Shown here one piece after another: positions 1 through 18,000 of a stretch of 64,000 bases of DNA (positions are counted from its first letter, which is position 1; every line of letters begins with the position of its first letter). Location of the stretch: the NCBI GenBank assembly GCA_964035545.1, contig OZ037771.1, forward strand, positions 10,234,480 to 10,298,479. The letters are read 5' to 3'. The notes below the pieces were generated by a model, which saw only the letters and a program-made list of their open reading frames with translations, was not told the origin of the DNA and searched no databases. The DNA is from Bugula neritina (lineage: Eukaryota > Animalia > Bryozoa). The translations under genes and the position numbers were made by a program.

Positions 1-3000
1 ATACACTGTAACAAACTGAAATACACTGCAACACAATGGAATATACTGCAACATACCCTAATTTATTGTGATATACTGAAATATACTGCAACATACCGCA
101 ACATACTGAAATACACTGTAACAAACTGAAATACACTGCAACACATTGGTATATACTGCAACATACCCAAATATATGGTAATATACTGAAATATACTGAA
201 ATACACTGTAACGCATTGAAAAATACTGCAACATACTGAAAGACACTACAACTCTCTGAAGTATAGTGTAATATACGAAAATGTACTGTAACATACTGAT
301 ATTTACTGCAACACACTGAAATATACTGACATACTGAAATACACTGTTACATGCCAAAATAAACTGCAACATACTGCAACATACTGAAATACACTGTAAC
401 ATACTCAAATACACTGCAACATTCTGCAACATATTGAAATATACTGCAACACACTGTAATATACTGCAACACATCCAAGTAGACTGTAATATACGGACAT
501 GTACTGTAACATACTGAAACACATTGAAACATACTGAAACATACTGAAACATACTTCAACACACTGAAATATACTAAAACATATTGAAATATACTGCAAC
601 ATACTGCAACATACTGAAATACACTGTAACAAACTGAAATACACTGCAACACAATGGAATATACTGCAACATACCCTAATTTATTATAATATACTGAAAT
701 ATACTGCAACATACCGCAACATACTGAAATACACTGTAACAAACTGAAATACACTGCAACACATTGGTATATACTGCAACATACCCAAATATATGGTAAT
801 ATACTGAAATATACTGGAAAACACTGTAACGCATTGAAAAATACTGCAACATACTGAAAGACACTACAACTCACTGAAGTATAGTGTAATATACGGAAAT
901 GAACTGTAACATACCGATATTTACTGTAACACACTGAAATATACCGCAACATACTGAAATACACTATATCATACCAAAATAAACTGCAACATACCGCAAC
1001 ATACTGAAATACACTGTAACATACTAAAATACACTGCAAAATTCTGCAACATACTTCAACGTACTGAAATACACTGTAACATAACGAAATACACTGCAAC
1101 ACATTGAAATATACTGCAACACACTGAAATATACTGCAAAATACGGAAATGTACTTCAACATACTGAAAAACACTGCAACATATCGAAGAATATCGTAAT
1201 ATACGGACATGTACTGTAACATACTGAAACACACTGAAACACACTGAAACATACTGAAACATACTGAACTACACTGCAACATACTGCAACATACTGAAGT
1301 ACACTGTAACAAACTGAAATACACTGCAACACAATGGAATATACTGCAACATACCCTAATTTATTGTAATATGCTGAAATATACTGCAACATACCGCAAC
1401 ATACTGAAATACACTGTTACATACTAAAATACACTGCAACATACTAAAGTACATTGCAACATTCTGCAAAATTCTGCAACATACTTCAACATACTGAAAT
1501 ACACTGTAACATAATGAAATACACTGCAACACATTGAAGTATACTGCAACAAACTGAAATATACTGCAACATACTGAAGTATACTGCAACATACTGAAAT
1601 ACACTGCCACATATCCAAGTATATCGTAATAAACGGACATGTACTGTAACATACTGAAACACACTGAAACATACTGAAACATACTGAAACATACTGAAAC
1701 ATACTGAAATACACTGCAACATACTGCAACATACTGAAACATACTGTAACATGATGAAATACACTGCAACACATTGAAATATACTGCAACAAACTGAAAT
1801 ATACTGCAACATACTGAAACGTACTGCAACATACTGAAATTATTTGCAACATATCGAAGTATATCGTAATATACGGACATGTACTGTAACATACTGAAAC
1901 ACACTGAAACATCCTGAAACATACTGAAACATACTGAAACATACTGAAACATACTGAGATACACTGCAACATACTGCAACATACTGAAATACACTGTAAC
2001 ATGATGAAATACATTGCAACACATTGAAATATACTGCAACAAACTGAAATATACTGCAACATACTGAAACGTGCTGCAACATACTGAAATACATTGCAAT
2101 ATATCGAAGTATATCGTAATATACGGACATGTACTGTAACATACTGAAACACACTGAAACATACTGAAACATACAGAAATATACTGAAATATACTGAAAT
2201 ACACTGTAACACATTGAAAAATACTGCAACATACTGAAAGACACTTCAACTCACTGAAGTATAGTGTAATATACGGAAATGTACTGTAACATACTGAAAT
2301 ACACTGTAACATACCGAAGTAAACTGCAACATAATGCAACATACTGAATTACACTGTAACTTACTAAATTACACTGCAACATTCTGCAACATACTTCAAC
2401 GTACTGAAATACACTGTAACATACTGAAATACACTGCAACATACTGCAACATACTGAAGTACACTGTAAAATATTAAAATACACTGCAACACATTGGAAT
2501 ATACTGCAACACACTGAAATATACTGTAACATACTGAAACATGAGCAATATACTGAAAGATGCCTCAACATACTCAAATACACTGCAAGAAACTGCAACA
2601 TACGTGAATACACTGTAACATACTGAAATACACTGAAACATACTGCAACATACTGAAGTACACTGTAAAATATTCAAATACACTGCAACACATTGAAATA
2701 CACTGCAACACACTGAAATATACTGCAACATACTGAAATGTACTTCAACATAATGAAAAACACTGCAACATATCAAAGTATATCGTAATATACAGACATG
2801 TACTGTAACATACTGAAACATACTGAAATATACTGCAACATACCGCAACATACTGAAAAACACTGTAACAAACTGAAATACGCTGCAACACATTGGAATA
2901 TACTGCAACATACTGGAATACACTGTTACATACTAAAATACACTGCAACATACTAAAATACACTGCAACATTCTGCAACATTTTGCAACATACTTCAACA

Positions 3001-6000
3001 TACTGAAATACACTGTAACAAACTGAAATACGCTGCAACACATTGGAATATACTGCAACATACCCAAATAGATGGTAACATACTGAAATATACTGAAATA
3101 CATTGTAACACCTTGAAAATTACTGCAACACACTGAAAGACACTACAACTCACTGAAGTATAGTGTAATATATGAAAATGTACTGTAACATACTGATATT
3201 TACTGCAACACACTGAAATATACTGCAACGTACTGAAATACACTGTTACATGCCAAAATAAACTGCAACATACTGCGACATACTGAATTACACTGTAACA
3301 TACTCAAATACACTGCAACATTCTGCAACATATTGAAATATACTGCAACACACTGAAATATACTGCAACACATCCAAGTAGACTGTAATATACGGACATG
3401 TACTGTAACATACTGAAACATACTGAAACATACTGAAACAAAATGAAATATACTGTAACACTCTGAGTAATACTGCAAAATGCTGAAATATACTGTAGCA
3501 CAGTGAAGTATACTGCAAAATTCTGAAACATACTGCAACATACTAAAACATGAGCAATATACTGAAAAATGCCTCAGCATACTCAAATATACTGCAAGAT
3601 GCTGCAACATACGTAAATACACTGTAACATACTGAAATACACTGCAACATACTGCAGCATACTGAAGTACACTGTAAAATATTGAAATACAGTGCAACAC
3701 ATTGGAATATACTGCAACACACTGAAATATACTGCAACATACTGAAATATACTGCAACATACTGCAACATACTGAAGTGCACTGTAACATACTGTAACTT
3801 ACTGAAAAACACTACAAAAAACTGTAACATACTGAAACACAATGAAACATACTGAAACATACTGAAACATACTGTAACATACTGAAGCACACTGAAACAT
3901 ACTGAAACATACTGAGACATACTGAAATACACTGCAACATACTACAACATACTGAAATACACTGTAACATACCGAAATAAGCCGCAACATACGGCAACAT
4001 ACTGAAATACACTGTAACATGATGAAGTACACTGCAACACATTGAAATACACTGCAACAAACTGAAATATACTGCAACATACTGAAATACATTGCAACAT
4101 TTCGAAGTATATTGTGATAAACGGACATGTACTGTAACATACTGAAACACACTGAAACATACTGAAACATACTGAAACATACTGAAACATACTGAAACAT
4201 ACTGAAATACACTGCAACATACTGCAACATACTGAAACATACTGTAACATGATGAAATACACTGCAACACATTGAAACATACTGCAACAAACTGAAATAT
4301 ACTGCAACATACTGAAACGTACTGCAACATACTGAAATTATTTGCAACATATCGAAGTATATCGTAATATACGGACATGTACTGTAACATACTGAAACAC
4401 ACTGAAACATCCTGAAACATACTGAAACGTACTGAAACATACTGAAACATACTGAGATACACTGTAACATACTGCAACATACTGAAATACACTGTAACAT
4501 GTTGAAATACACTGCAACACATTGAAATATACTGCAACAAACTGAAATATACTGCAACATACTGAAACGTGCTGCAACATACTGAAATACATTGCAATAT
4601 ATCGAAGTATATCGTAATATGCGGACATGTACTGTAACATACTGAAACACACTGAAACATACTGAAACATACTGAAATATACTGAAATATACTAAAATAC
4701 ACTGCAACACATTGAAATATACTGCAACACACTGGAATATACTGCAACACATCCAAGTACATCGTAATATACGGACATGTACTGTAACATACTGAAACAT
4801 ACTGAGACATACTGAAACAAAATGAAATATACTGTAACACACTTAATATTACTGCAAAATGCTGAAATATACTGTAACACAGTGAAGTATTCTGCAAAAT
4901 TCTGCAACATACTGTAACATACTGAAACATGAGCAATATACTGCAAATGCCTCAACATATTCAAATATACTGCAAGATACTGCAACATACGTAAATACAC
5001 TATAACATACTGAAATACACTGCAACATACTGCAACATACAGAAGTACACTGTAAAATATTGAAATACATTGCAATACATTGGAATATACTGCAACACAC
5101 TGAAATATACTGCAACATACTGAAATATACTGCAACATACTGCAACATGCTGAAATACACTGTAACATACTGTAACATACTGAAATACACTGCAACATAT
5201 CAAAGTATATCGTAATATACGGACATGTACTGTAACATACTGAAACACATTGAAACATACTGAAACATACTGAAACATACTGAAACATACTTCAACACAC
5301 TGAAATATACTAAAACATACTGAAATATACTGCAACATACTGCAACATACTGAAATACACTGTAACAAACTGAAATACACTGCAACACAATGGAATATAC
5401 TGCAACATACCCTAATTTATTGTGATATACTGAAATATACTGCAACATACCGCAACATACTGAAATACACTGTAACAAACTGAAATACACTGCAACACAT
5501 TGGTATATACTGCAACATACCCAAATATATGGTAATACACTGAAATATACTGAAATACACTGTAACGCATTGAAAAATACTGCAACATACTGAAAGACAC
5601 TACAACTCACTGAAGTATAGTGTAATATACGAAAATGTACTGTAACATACTGATATTTACTGCAACACACTGAAATATACTGACATACTGAAATACACTG
5701 TTACATGCCAAAATAAACTGCAACATACTGCAACATACTGAAATACACTGTAACATACTCAAATACACTGCAACATTCTGCAACATATTGAAATATACTG
5801 CAACACACTGTAATATACTGCAACACATCCAAGTAGACTGTAACATACGGACATGTACTGTAACATACTGAAACACATTGAAACATACTGAAACATACTG
5901 AAACATACTTCAACACACTGAAATATACTAAAACATATTGAAATATACTGCAACATACTGCAACATACTGAAATACACTGTAACAAACTGAAATACACTG

Positions 6001-9000
6001 CAACACAATGGAATATACTGCAACATACCCTAATTTATTATAATATACTGAAATATACTGCAACATACCGCAACATACTGAAATACACTGTAACAAACTG
6101 AAATACACTGCAACACATTGGTATATACTGCAACATACCCAAATATATGGTAATATACTGAAATATACTGGAATACACTGTAACGCATTGAAAAATACTG
6201 CAACATACTGAAAGACACTACAACTCACTGAAGTATAGTGTAATATACGGAAATGAACTGTAACATACCGATATTTACTGTAACACACTGAAATATACCG
6301 CAACATACTGAAATACACTATATCATACCAAAATAAACTGCAATATACCGCAACATACTGAAATACACTGTAACATACTAAAATACACTGCAAAATTCTG
6401 CAACATACTTCAACGTACTGAAATACACTGTAACATACCGAAATACTGTAACATTCTGAGTAATACTGCAAAATGCTGAAATATACCCTAACACAGTGAA
6501 GTATACTGCAAAATTCTGAAACATACTGCAACATGCTAAAACATGAGCAATATACTGAAAAATGCCTCAGCATACTCAAATATACTGCAAGATGCTGCAA
6601 CATACGTAAATACACTGTAATATACTGAAATACACTGCAACATACTGCAGCATAATGAAGTACACTGTAAAATATTGAAATACACTGGAATATACCGCAA
6701 CACACTGAAATATACTGCAACATACTGAAATATACTGCAACATACTGCAACATACTGAAGTGCACTGTAACATACTGTAACTTACTGAAATACACTGCAA
6801 CAAACTGTAACATACTCAAACACACTGAAACATACTGAAACATACTGAAACATACTGTAACATACTGAAACACACTGAAACATACTGAAACATACTGAGA
6901 CATACTGAAATACACTGCAACATACTACAACATACTGAAATACACTGTAACATACCGAAATAAGCTGCAACATACTGCAACATACTGAAATACACTGTAA
7001 CATGATGAAGTACACTGCAACACATTGAAATACACTGCAACAAACTGAAATATACTGCAACATACTGAAATGTACTGCAACATACTGAAATACATTGCAA
7101 CATATCGAAGTATATCGTAATAAACGGACATGTACTGTAACATACTGAAACACACTGAAACATACTGAATTATACTGAAACATACTGAAACATACTGAAA
7201 TACACTGCAACATACTGCAACATACTGAAACATACTGTAACATGATGAAATACACTGCAACACATTGAAATATACTGCAACATACTGAAATATACTGCAA
7301 CATACTGAAACGTACTGCAACATACTGAAATTATTTGCAACATATCGAAGTATATCGTAATATACGGACATGTACTGTAACATACTGAAACACACTGAAA
7401 CATCCTGAAACATACTGAAACATACTGAAACATACTGAAACATACTGAGATACACTGCAACATACTGCAACATACTGAAATACACTGTAACATGATGAAA
7501 TACACTGCAACACATTGAAATATACTGCAACAAACTTAAATATACTGCAACATACTGAAACGTGCTGCAACATACTGAAATACATTGCAATATATCGAAG
7601 TATATCGTAATATACGGACATGTACTGTAACATACTGAAACACACTGAAACATACTGAAACATACTGAAATATACTGAAATATACTGAAATACACTGTAA
7701 CACATTGAAAAATACTGCAACATACTGAAAGACACTTCAACTCACTAAAGTATAGTGTAATATACGGAAATGTACTGTAACATACTGATAATTACTGCAA
7801 CACACTGAAATATACTGCAACATACTGAAATACACTGTAACATACCGAAATAAACTGCAACATAATGCAACATACTGAATTACACTGTAAGATACTAAAT
7901 TACACTGCAACATTCTGCAACATGCTTCAACGTACTGAAATACACTGTAACATAATGAAACATGAGCAATATACTGAAAGATGCCTCAACATACTCAAAT
8001 ACACTGCAAGAAACTGCGACATACGTAAATACACTGTAACATACTGAAATACACTGAAACATACTGCAACATACTGAAGTACACTGTAAAATATTCAAAT
8101 ACACTGCAACACATTGAAATACACTGCAACACACTGAAATATACTGCAACATACTGAAATGTACTTCAACATAATGAAAAACACTGCAACATATCAAAGT
8201 ATATCGTAATATACAGACATGCACTGTAACATACTGAAACATACTGAAATATACTGCAACATACCGCAACATACTGAAAAACACTGTAACAAACTGAAAT
8301 ACGCTGCAACACATTGGAATATACTGCAACATACCCAAATAAATGGTAATATACTGAAATATACTGAAATACACTGAAACACATTGAAAAATACTGCAAC
8401 ATACTGAAACACACTACAACTCACTGAAGTATAGTGTAACTTACTGAAATGTACTGTAACATACTGATATTTACTGCAACACACTGAATTATACTGCAAC
8501 ATACTGAAATACACTGTTACATACTAAAATACACTGCAACATACTAAAATACACTGCAATATTCTGCAACATTCTGCAACATACTTCAACATACTGATAT
8601 ACACTGTAACAAACTGAAATACGCTGCAACACATTGGAATATACTGCAACATACCCAAATAAATGGTAATATACTGAAATATACTGAAATACACTGTAAC
8701 ACATTGAAAAATACTGCAACACACTGAAAGACATTACAACTCACTGAAGTATAGTGTAATATACGAAAATGTACTGTAACATACTGATATTTACTGCAAC
8801 ACATTAAATATACTGCAACATACTGAAATACACTGTAACATGCCAAAATAAACTGTAACTTACTGCAACATACTGAAATACACTGTAACATTCTGCAACA
8901 TACTGAAATATACTGCAACACACTGAAATATACTGCAACACATCCAAGTAGACTGTAATATACATACATGTACTGTAACATACTGAAACATACTTCAACA

Positions 9001-12000
9001 TACTCAAATACACTGTAACATAATGAAATACACTGCAACACATTGAAATATACCGCAACACACTGGAATATACTGCAACACATCCAAGTACATCGTAATA
9101 TACGGACATGTACTGTAACATACTGAGACATACTGAGAGACACTGAAAAAAAATGAAATATACTGTAACACACTTAATATTACTGCAAAATGCTGAAATA
9201 TACTGTAACACAGTGAAGTATTCTGCAAAATTCTGAAACATACTGTAACACACTGAAACATGAGCAATATACTGCAAATGCCTCAACATATTCAAATATA
9301 CTGCAAGATACTGCAACATACGTAAATACACTATAACATACTGAACTACACTGCAACATACTGCAACATACAGAAGTACACTGTAAAATATTGAAATACA
9401 TTGCAATACATTGGAATATACTGCAACACACTGAAATATACTGCAACATACTGAAATATACTGCAACATACTGCAACATGCTGAAATACACTGTAACATA
9501 CTGTAACATACTGAAATACACTGCAACATATCAAAGTATATCGTAATATACGGACATGTACTGTAACATACTGAAACACATTGAAACAGACTGAAACATA
9601 CTGAAACATACTTCAACACACTGAAATATACTAAAACATACTGAAATATACTGCAACACACTGCAACATACTGCAATACACAGCAACAAACTGAAATACA
9701 CTGCAACACAATGGAATATACTGCAACATACCCTAATTTATTGTAATATACTGAAATATACTGCAACATACCGCAACATACTGAAATACACTGTAACAAA
9801 CTGAAATACACTGCAACACATTGGTATATACTGCAACATACCCAAATATATGGTAATATACTGAAATATACTGAAATACACTGTAACGCATTGAAAAATA
9901 CTGCAACATACTGAAAGACACTACAACTCACTGAAGTATAGTGTAATATGCGGAAATGAACTGTAACATACCGATATTTACTGCAACACACTGAAATATA
10001 CTGCAACATACTGAAATACACTATATCATACCAAAATAAACTGCAACATACCGCAACATACTGAAATACACTGTAACATACTAAAATACACTGCAAAATT
10101 CTGCAACATACTTCAACGTACTGAAATACACTGTAACATAACGAAGTACACTGCAACACATTGAAATATACTGCAACACACTGAAATATACTGCAAAATA
10201 CTGAAATGTACTTCAACATACTGAAAAACACTGCAACATATCGAAGTATATCGTAATATACGGACATGTACTGTAACATACTGAAACACACTGAAACACA
10301 CTGAAACATACTGAAACATACTGAACTACACTGCAACATACTGCAACATACTGAAGTACACTGTAACAAACTGAAATACACTGCAACACAATGGAATATA
10401 CTGCAACATACCCTAATTTATTGTAATATGCTGAAATATACTGCAACATACCGCAACATACTGAAATACACTGTTACATACTAAAATACACTGCAACATA
10501 CTAAAGTACACTGCAACATTCTGCAAAATTCTGCAACATACTTCAACATACTGAAATACACTGTAACATAATGAAATACACTGCAACACATTGAAGTATA
10601 CTGCAACAAACTGAAATGTACTGCAACATACTGAAGCATACTGCAACATACTGAAATTCACTGCAACATATCCAAGTATATCGTAATATACGGACATGTA
10701 CTGTAACATACTGAAACACACTGAAACATACTGAAACATACTGAGACATACTTCAACACACTGAAATATATTAAAACATACTGAAATATACTGCAACATC
10801 CTGCAACATACTGAAATACACTGTAACAAACTGAAATACACTGCAACACATTGGAATATACTGCAACATACCCTAATATATGGTAATATACTGAAATATA
10901 CTGCAACATCCTGCAACATACTGAATTACACTGTAACAAACTGAAATACACTGCAACACATTGAAATATACTGCAACACACTGAAATATACTGCAACACA
11001 TCCAAGTACATTGTAATATACGGACATGTACTGTAACATACTGAAACATACTGAAACATACTGAAACAAAATGAAATATGCTGTAACACACAGAGTAATA
11101 CTGCAAAATGCTGAAATATACTGTAACACAGTGAAGTATAATGCAAAATTCTGAAATATACTGTAAGATACTGAAATATGCCTCAACATGCTCAAATATA
11201 CTGCAAGATACTGCAACATACGTAAATGCACTGTAACATTTCGGAAAACAATGCAACATACTGCAACGTCCTGAAGTACACTGTAAATTATTGAAATACA
11301 CTGCAACACATTGGAATATACTGCAGCACACTGAAATATACTGCAACATACTGCAACATACTGAAATACACTGTAACATATTGCAACATACTGAAATACA
11401 TTGCAACAAACTGCCACATACTGAACTACACTGTACATATTGAAAAACACTGCAAAACACTGAAATGTACTGCAACACACTGAAATTTACTGCAAAATAC
11501 TGAAATATACTTCAACATACTGCAACATACCGAAAGACACTGTAACATACTACAATAAACTGCAACATACTAAAATACACTGCAACATTCCGCAATACAT
11601 TTCAACATACTGAAATACACTGTAACATAATGAAATACACTGCAACACATTGAAATATACTGCAACAAACTGAAATATACTGCAACAAACTGAAATACAC
11701 TGTAACATACCGAAATAAGCTTCAACATACTGCAACATACTGAAATACACTGTAACATACTACAATATACTGCAACATACTAAAATACACTGCAACATTC
11801 TGCAATATACTTCAACATACTGAAATACACTGTAACATAATGAAATACACTGCAACACATTGAAATATACTGCAACACACTAAATATACTGCAACATACT
11901 GAAATACACTGTAACACACTGAAATATACTGCAACACATCCAAGTAGACCGTAATATACGGACATGTACTGTAACATACTGAAACATACTTCAACATACT

Positions 12001-15000
12001 CAAATACACTGTAACATAATGAAATACACTGCAACACATTGAAATATACCGCAACACACTGGAATATACTGCAACACATCCAAGTACATCCTAATATACG
12101 GACATGTACTGTAACATACTGAAACATACTGAGACATACTGAAACAAAATGAAATATACTGTAACACACTTAATATTACTGCAAAATGCTGAAATATACT
12201 GTAACACAGTGAAGTATTCTGCAAAATTCTGAAACATACTGTAACATACTGAAACATGAGCAATATACTGCAAATGCCTCAACATATTCAAATATACTGC
12301 AAGATACCGCAACATACGTAAATACACTGTAACATACTGAAATACACTGCAACATACTGCAACATACAGAAGTACACTGTAAAATATTGAAATACATTGC
12401 AATACATTGGAATATACTGCAACACACTGAAATATACTGCAACATACTGAAATATACTGCAACAATCTGCAACATTCTGCAACATACTTCAACATACTGA
12501 AATACACTGTAACAAACTGAAATACGCTGCAACACATTGGAATATACTGCAACATACCCAAATAAATGGTAACATACTGAAATACACTGAAATACAATGT
12601 AACACATTGAAAAATACTGCAACACACTGAAAGACACTACAACTCACTGAAGTATAGTGTAATATACGAAAATGTACTGTAACATACTGATATTTACTGC
12701 AATACACTGAAATATACTGCAACATACTGAAATACACTGTTACATGCCAAAATAAACTGCAACATACTGCAACATACTGAAATACACTGTAACATACTCA
12801 AATGCACTGCAACATTCTGCAACATATTGAAATATACTGCAACACACTGAAATATACTGCAACACATCCAAGTAGACTGTAATATACGGACATGTACTGT
12901 AACATACTGAAACATACTGAAACATACTGAAACAAAATGAAATATACTGTAACACTCTGAGTAATACTACAAAATGCTGAAATATACCCTAACACAGTGA
13001 AGTATACTGCAAAATTCTGAAACATACTGCAACATACTAAAACATGAGCAATATACTGAAAAATGCCTCAGCATACTCAAATATACTGCAAGATGCTGCA
13101 ACATACGTAAATACACTGTAATATACTGAAATACACTGCAACATACTGCAGCATAATGAAGTACACTGTAAAATATTGAAATACACTGGAATATACCGCA
13201 ACACACTGAAATATACTGCAACATACTGAAATATACTGCAACATACTGCAACATACTGAAGTGCACTGTAACATACTGTAACTTACTGGAATACACTGCA
13301 ACAAACTGTAACATACTGAAACACACTGAAACATGTTGAAACATACTGAAACATTCTGTAACATACTGAAACACACTGAAACATACCGAAACATACTGAG
13401 ACATACTGAAATACACTGCAACACACTGCAACATACTGAAATACACTGTAACATGATGAAGTACACTGCAACACATTGAAATACACTGCAACAAACTGAA
13501 ATATACTGCAACATACTGAAATGTACTGCAACATACTGAAATACATTGCAACATATCGAAGTATATCGTAACAAACGGACATGTACTGTAACATACTGAA
13601 ACACACTGAAACATACTGAAACATACTGAAACATACTGAAACATACTGAAACATACTGAAATACACTGCAACATACTGCAACATACTGAAACATACTGTA
13701 ACATGATGAAATACACTGCAACACATTGAAATATACTGCAACAAACTGAAATATACTGCAACATACTGAAACGTACTGCAACATACTGAAATTATTTGCA
13801 ACATATCGAAGTATATCGTAATATACGGACATGTACTGTAACATACTGAAACACACTGAAACATCCTGAAACATACTGAAACATACTGAAACATACTGAG
13901 ATACACTGCAACATACTGCAACATACTGAAATACACTGCAACATGATGAAATACACTGCAACACATTGAAATATACTGCAACAAACTGAAATATCCTGCA
14001 ACATACTGAAACGTGCTGCAACATACTGAAATACATTGCAATATATCGAAGTATATCGTAATATGCGGACATGTACTGTAACATACTGAAACACACTGAA
14101 ACATAATGAAACATACTGAAATATACTGAAATATACTGAAATACACTGTAACACATTGAAAAATACTGCAACATACTGAAAGACACTTCAACTCACTGAA
14201 GTATAGTGTAATATACGGAAATGTACTGTAACATACTGATAATTACTGCAACACATTGAAATATACTGCAACATACTGAAATACACTAAAACATACCGAA
14301 ATACACTGCAACATAATGCAACATACTGAATTACACTGTAACATACTAAATTACACTGCAACATTCTGCAACATACTTCAACGTACTGAAATACACTGTA
14401 ACATAATGAAACACACTGCAACATACTGCAACATACTGAAGTACACTGTAAAATATTAAAATACACTGCAACACATTGGAATATACTGCAACAGACTGAA
14501 ATATATTGCAACATACTGAAACATGAGCAATATACTGAAAGATGCCTCAACATACTCAAATACACTGCAAGAAACTGCAACATACGTAAATACACTGTAA
14601 CATACTGAAAAACACTGAAACATACTGCAACATACTGAAGTACACTGTAAAATATTCAAATACACTGCAACACATTGAAATACACTGCAACACACTGAAA
14701 TATACTGCAACATACTGAAATGTACTTCAACATAATGAAAAACACTGCAACATATCAAAGTATATCGTAATATACAGACATGTACTGTAACATACTGAAA
14801 CATACTGAAACATACTGAAATACACTGTAACAAACTGAAATACACTGCAACAAGTTGGAATATACTGCAACATACCCAAGTATATGGTAATATAATGAAA
14901 TATACTGCAACATACCGCAACATACTGAAAAACACTATAACAAACTGAAATTCGCTGCAACGCATTGGAATATACTGCAGCATGCCCAAATAAATGGTAA

Positions 15001-18000
15001 TATACTGAAATATACTGAAATACACTGTGACACATTGGAAAATACTGCATCATACTGAAACACACTACAACTCACTGAAGTATAGTGTAACTTACTGAAA
15101 TGTACTGTAACATACTGATATTCACTGCAACACACTGAAACATACTGCAACATACTGAAATACACTGTTACATACTAAAATACACTGCAACATACTAAAA
15201 TACACTGCAACAATCTGCAACATTCTGCAACATACTTCAACATACTGAAATACACTGTAACAGACTGAAATACGCTGCAACACATTGGAATATACTGCAA
15301 CATACCCAAATAAATGGTAACATACTGAAATACACTGAAATACAATGTAACACATTGAAAAATACTGCAACACACTGAAAGACACTACAACTCACTGAAG
15401 TATTGTGTAATATACGAAAATGTACTGTAACATACTGGTATTTACTGCAACACACTGAAATATACTGCAACATACTGAAATACACTGTTACATGCCAAAA
15501 TAAACTGCAACATACTGCAACATACTGAAATACACTGTAACATACTCAAATGCACTGCAACATTCTGCAACATATTGAAATATACTGCAACACACTGAAA
15601 TATACTGCAACACATCCAAGTAGACTGTAATATACGGACATGTACTGTAACATACTGAAACATACTGAAACATACTGAAACAAAATGAAATATACTGTAA
15701 CACACAGAGTAATACTGCAAAATGCTGAAATATACCCTAACACGGTGAAGTATACTGCAAAATTCTGAAACATACTGCAACATACTAAAACATGAGCAAT
15801 ATACTGAAAAATGCCTCAGTATACTCAAATATACTGCAAGATGCTGCAACATACGTAAATACACTGTAATATACTGAAATACACTGCAACATACTGCAGC
15901 ATAATGAAGTACACTGTAAAATATTGAAATACACTGGAATATACCGCAACACACTGAAATATACTGCGACATACTGAAATATACTGCAACATACTGCAAC
16001 ATACTGAAGTGCACTGTAACATACTGTAACTTACTGAAATACACTGCAACAAACTGTAACATACTGAAACACACTGAAACATACTGAAACATACTGAAAC
16101 ATACTGTAACATACTGAAACACACTGAAACATACTGAAACATACTGAGACATACTGAAATACACTGCAACATACTACAACCTACTGAAATACACTGTAAC
16201 ATACCGAAATAGGCTGCAACATACTGCAACATACTGAAATACACTGTAACATGATGAAGTACACTGCAACACATTGAAATACACTGCAACAAACTAAAAT
16301 ATACTGCAACATACTGAAATGTACTGCAACATACTGAAATACATTGCAACATATCGAAGTATATCGTAATAAACGGACATGTACTGTAACATACTGAAAC
16401 ACACTGAAACATACTGAAACATACTGAAACATACTGAAACATACTGAAATACACTGCAACATACCGCAACATACTGAAACATACTGTAACATGATGAAAT
16501 ACACTGCAACACATTGAAATATACTGCAACAAACTGAAATATACTGCAACATACTGAAACGTACTGCAACATACTGAAATTATTTGCAACATATCGAAGT
16601 ATATCGTAATATACGGACATGTACTGTAACATACTGAAACACACTGAAACATCCTGAAACATACTGAAACATACTGAAACATACTGAAACATACTGAGAT
16701 ACACTGCAACATACTGCAACATACAGAAATACACTGTAACATGATGAAATACACTGCAACACATTGAAATATACTGCAACAAACTGAAATATACTGCAAC
16801 ATACTGAAACGTGCTGCAACATACTGAAATACATTGCAATATATCGAAGTATATCGTAATATACGGACATGTACTGTAACATACTGAAACACACTGAAAC
16901 ATACTGAAACATACTGAAATATACTGAAATATACTGAAATACACTGTAACACATTGAAAAATACTGCAACATACTGAAAGACACTTCAACTCACTGAAAT
17001 ATAGTGTAATATACGGAAATGTACTGTAACATACTGATAATTACTGCAACACACTGAAATATACTGCAACATACTGAAATACACTGTAACATACCGAAAT
17101 AAACTGCAACATAATGCAACATACTGAATTACACTGTAACTTACTAAATTACACTGCAACATTCTGCAACATACTTCAACGTACTGAAATACACTGTAAC
17201 ATAATGAAATACACTGCAACATACTGCAACATACTGAAGTACACTGTAAAATATTGAAATACACTGCAACACATTGGAATATACTGCAACACACTGAAAT
17301 ATACTGTAACATACTGAAACATGAGCAATATACTGAAAGATGCCTCAACATACTCAAATACACTGCAAGAAACTGCAACATACGTGAATACACTGTAACA
17401 TACTGAAATACACTGAAACATACTGCAACATACTGAAGTACACTGTAAAATATTCAAATACACTGCAACACATTGAAATACACTGCAACACACTGAAATA
17501 TACTGCAACATACTGAAATGTACTTCAACATAATGAAAAACACTGCAACATATCAAAGTATATCGTAATATACAGACATGTACTGTAACATACTGAAATA
17601 AGCTTCAACATACTGCAACATACTGAAATACACTGTAACATACTACAATATACTGCAACATACTAAAATACACTGCAACATTCTGCAATATACTTCAACA
17701 TACTGAAATACACTGTAACATAATGAAATACACTGCAACACATTGAAATATACTGCAACACACTAAATATACTGCAACATACTGAAATACACTGTAACAC
17801 ACTGAAATATACTGCAACACATCCAAGTAGACTGTAATATACGGACATGTACTGTAACATACTGAAACATACTTCAACATACTCAAATACACTGTAACAT
17901 AATGAAATACACTGCAACACATTGAAATATACTGCAACACACTGGAATATACTGCAACACATCCAAGTACATCGTAATATACGGACATGTACTGTAACAT

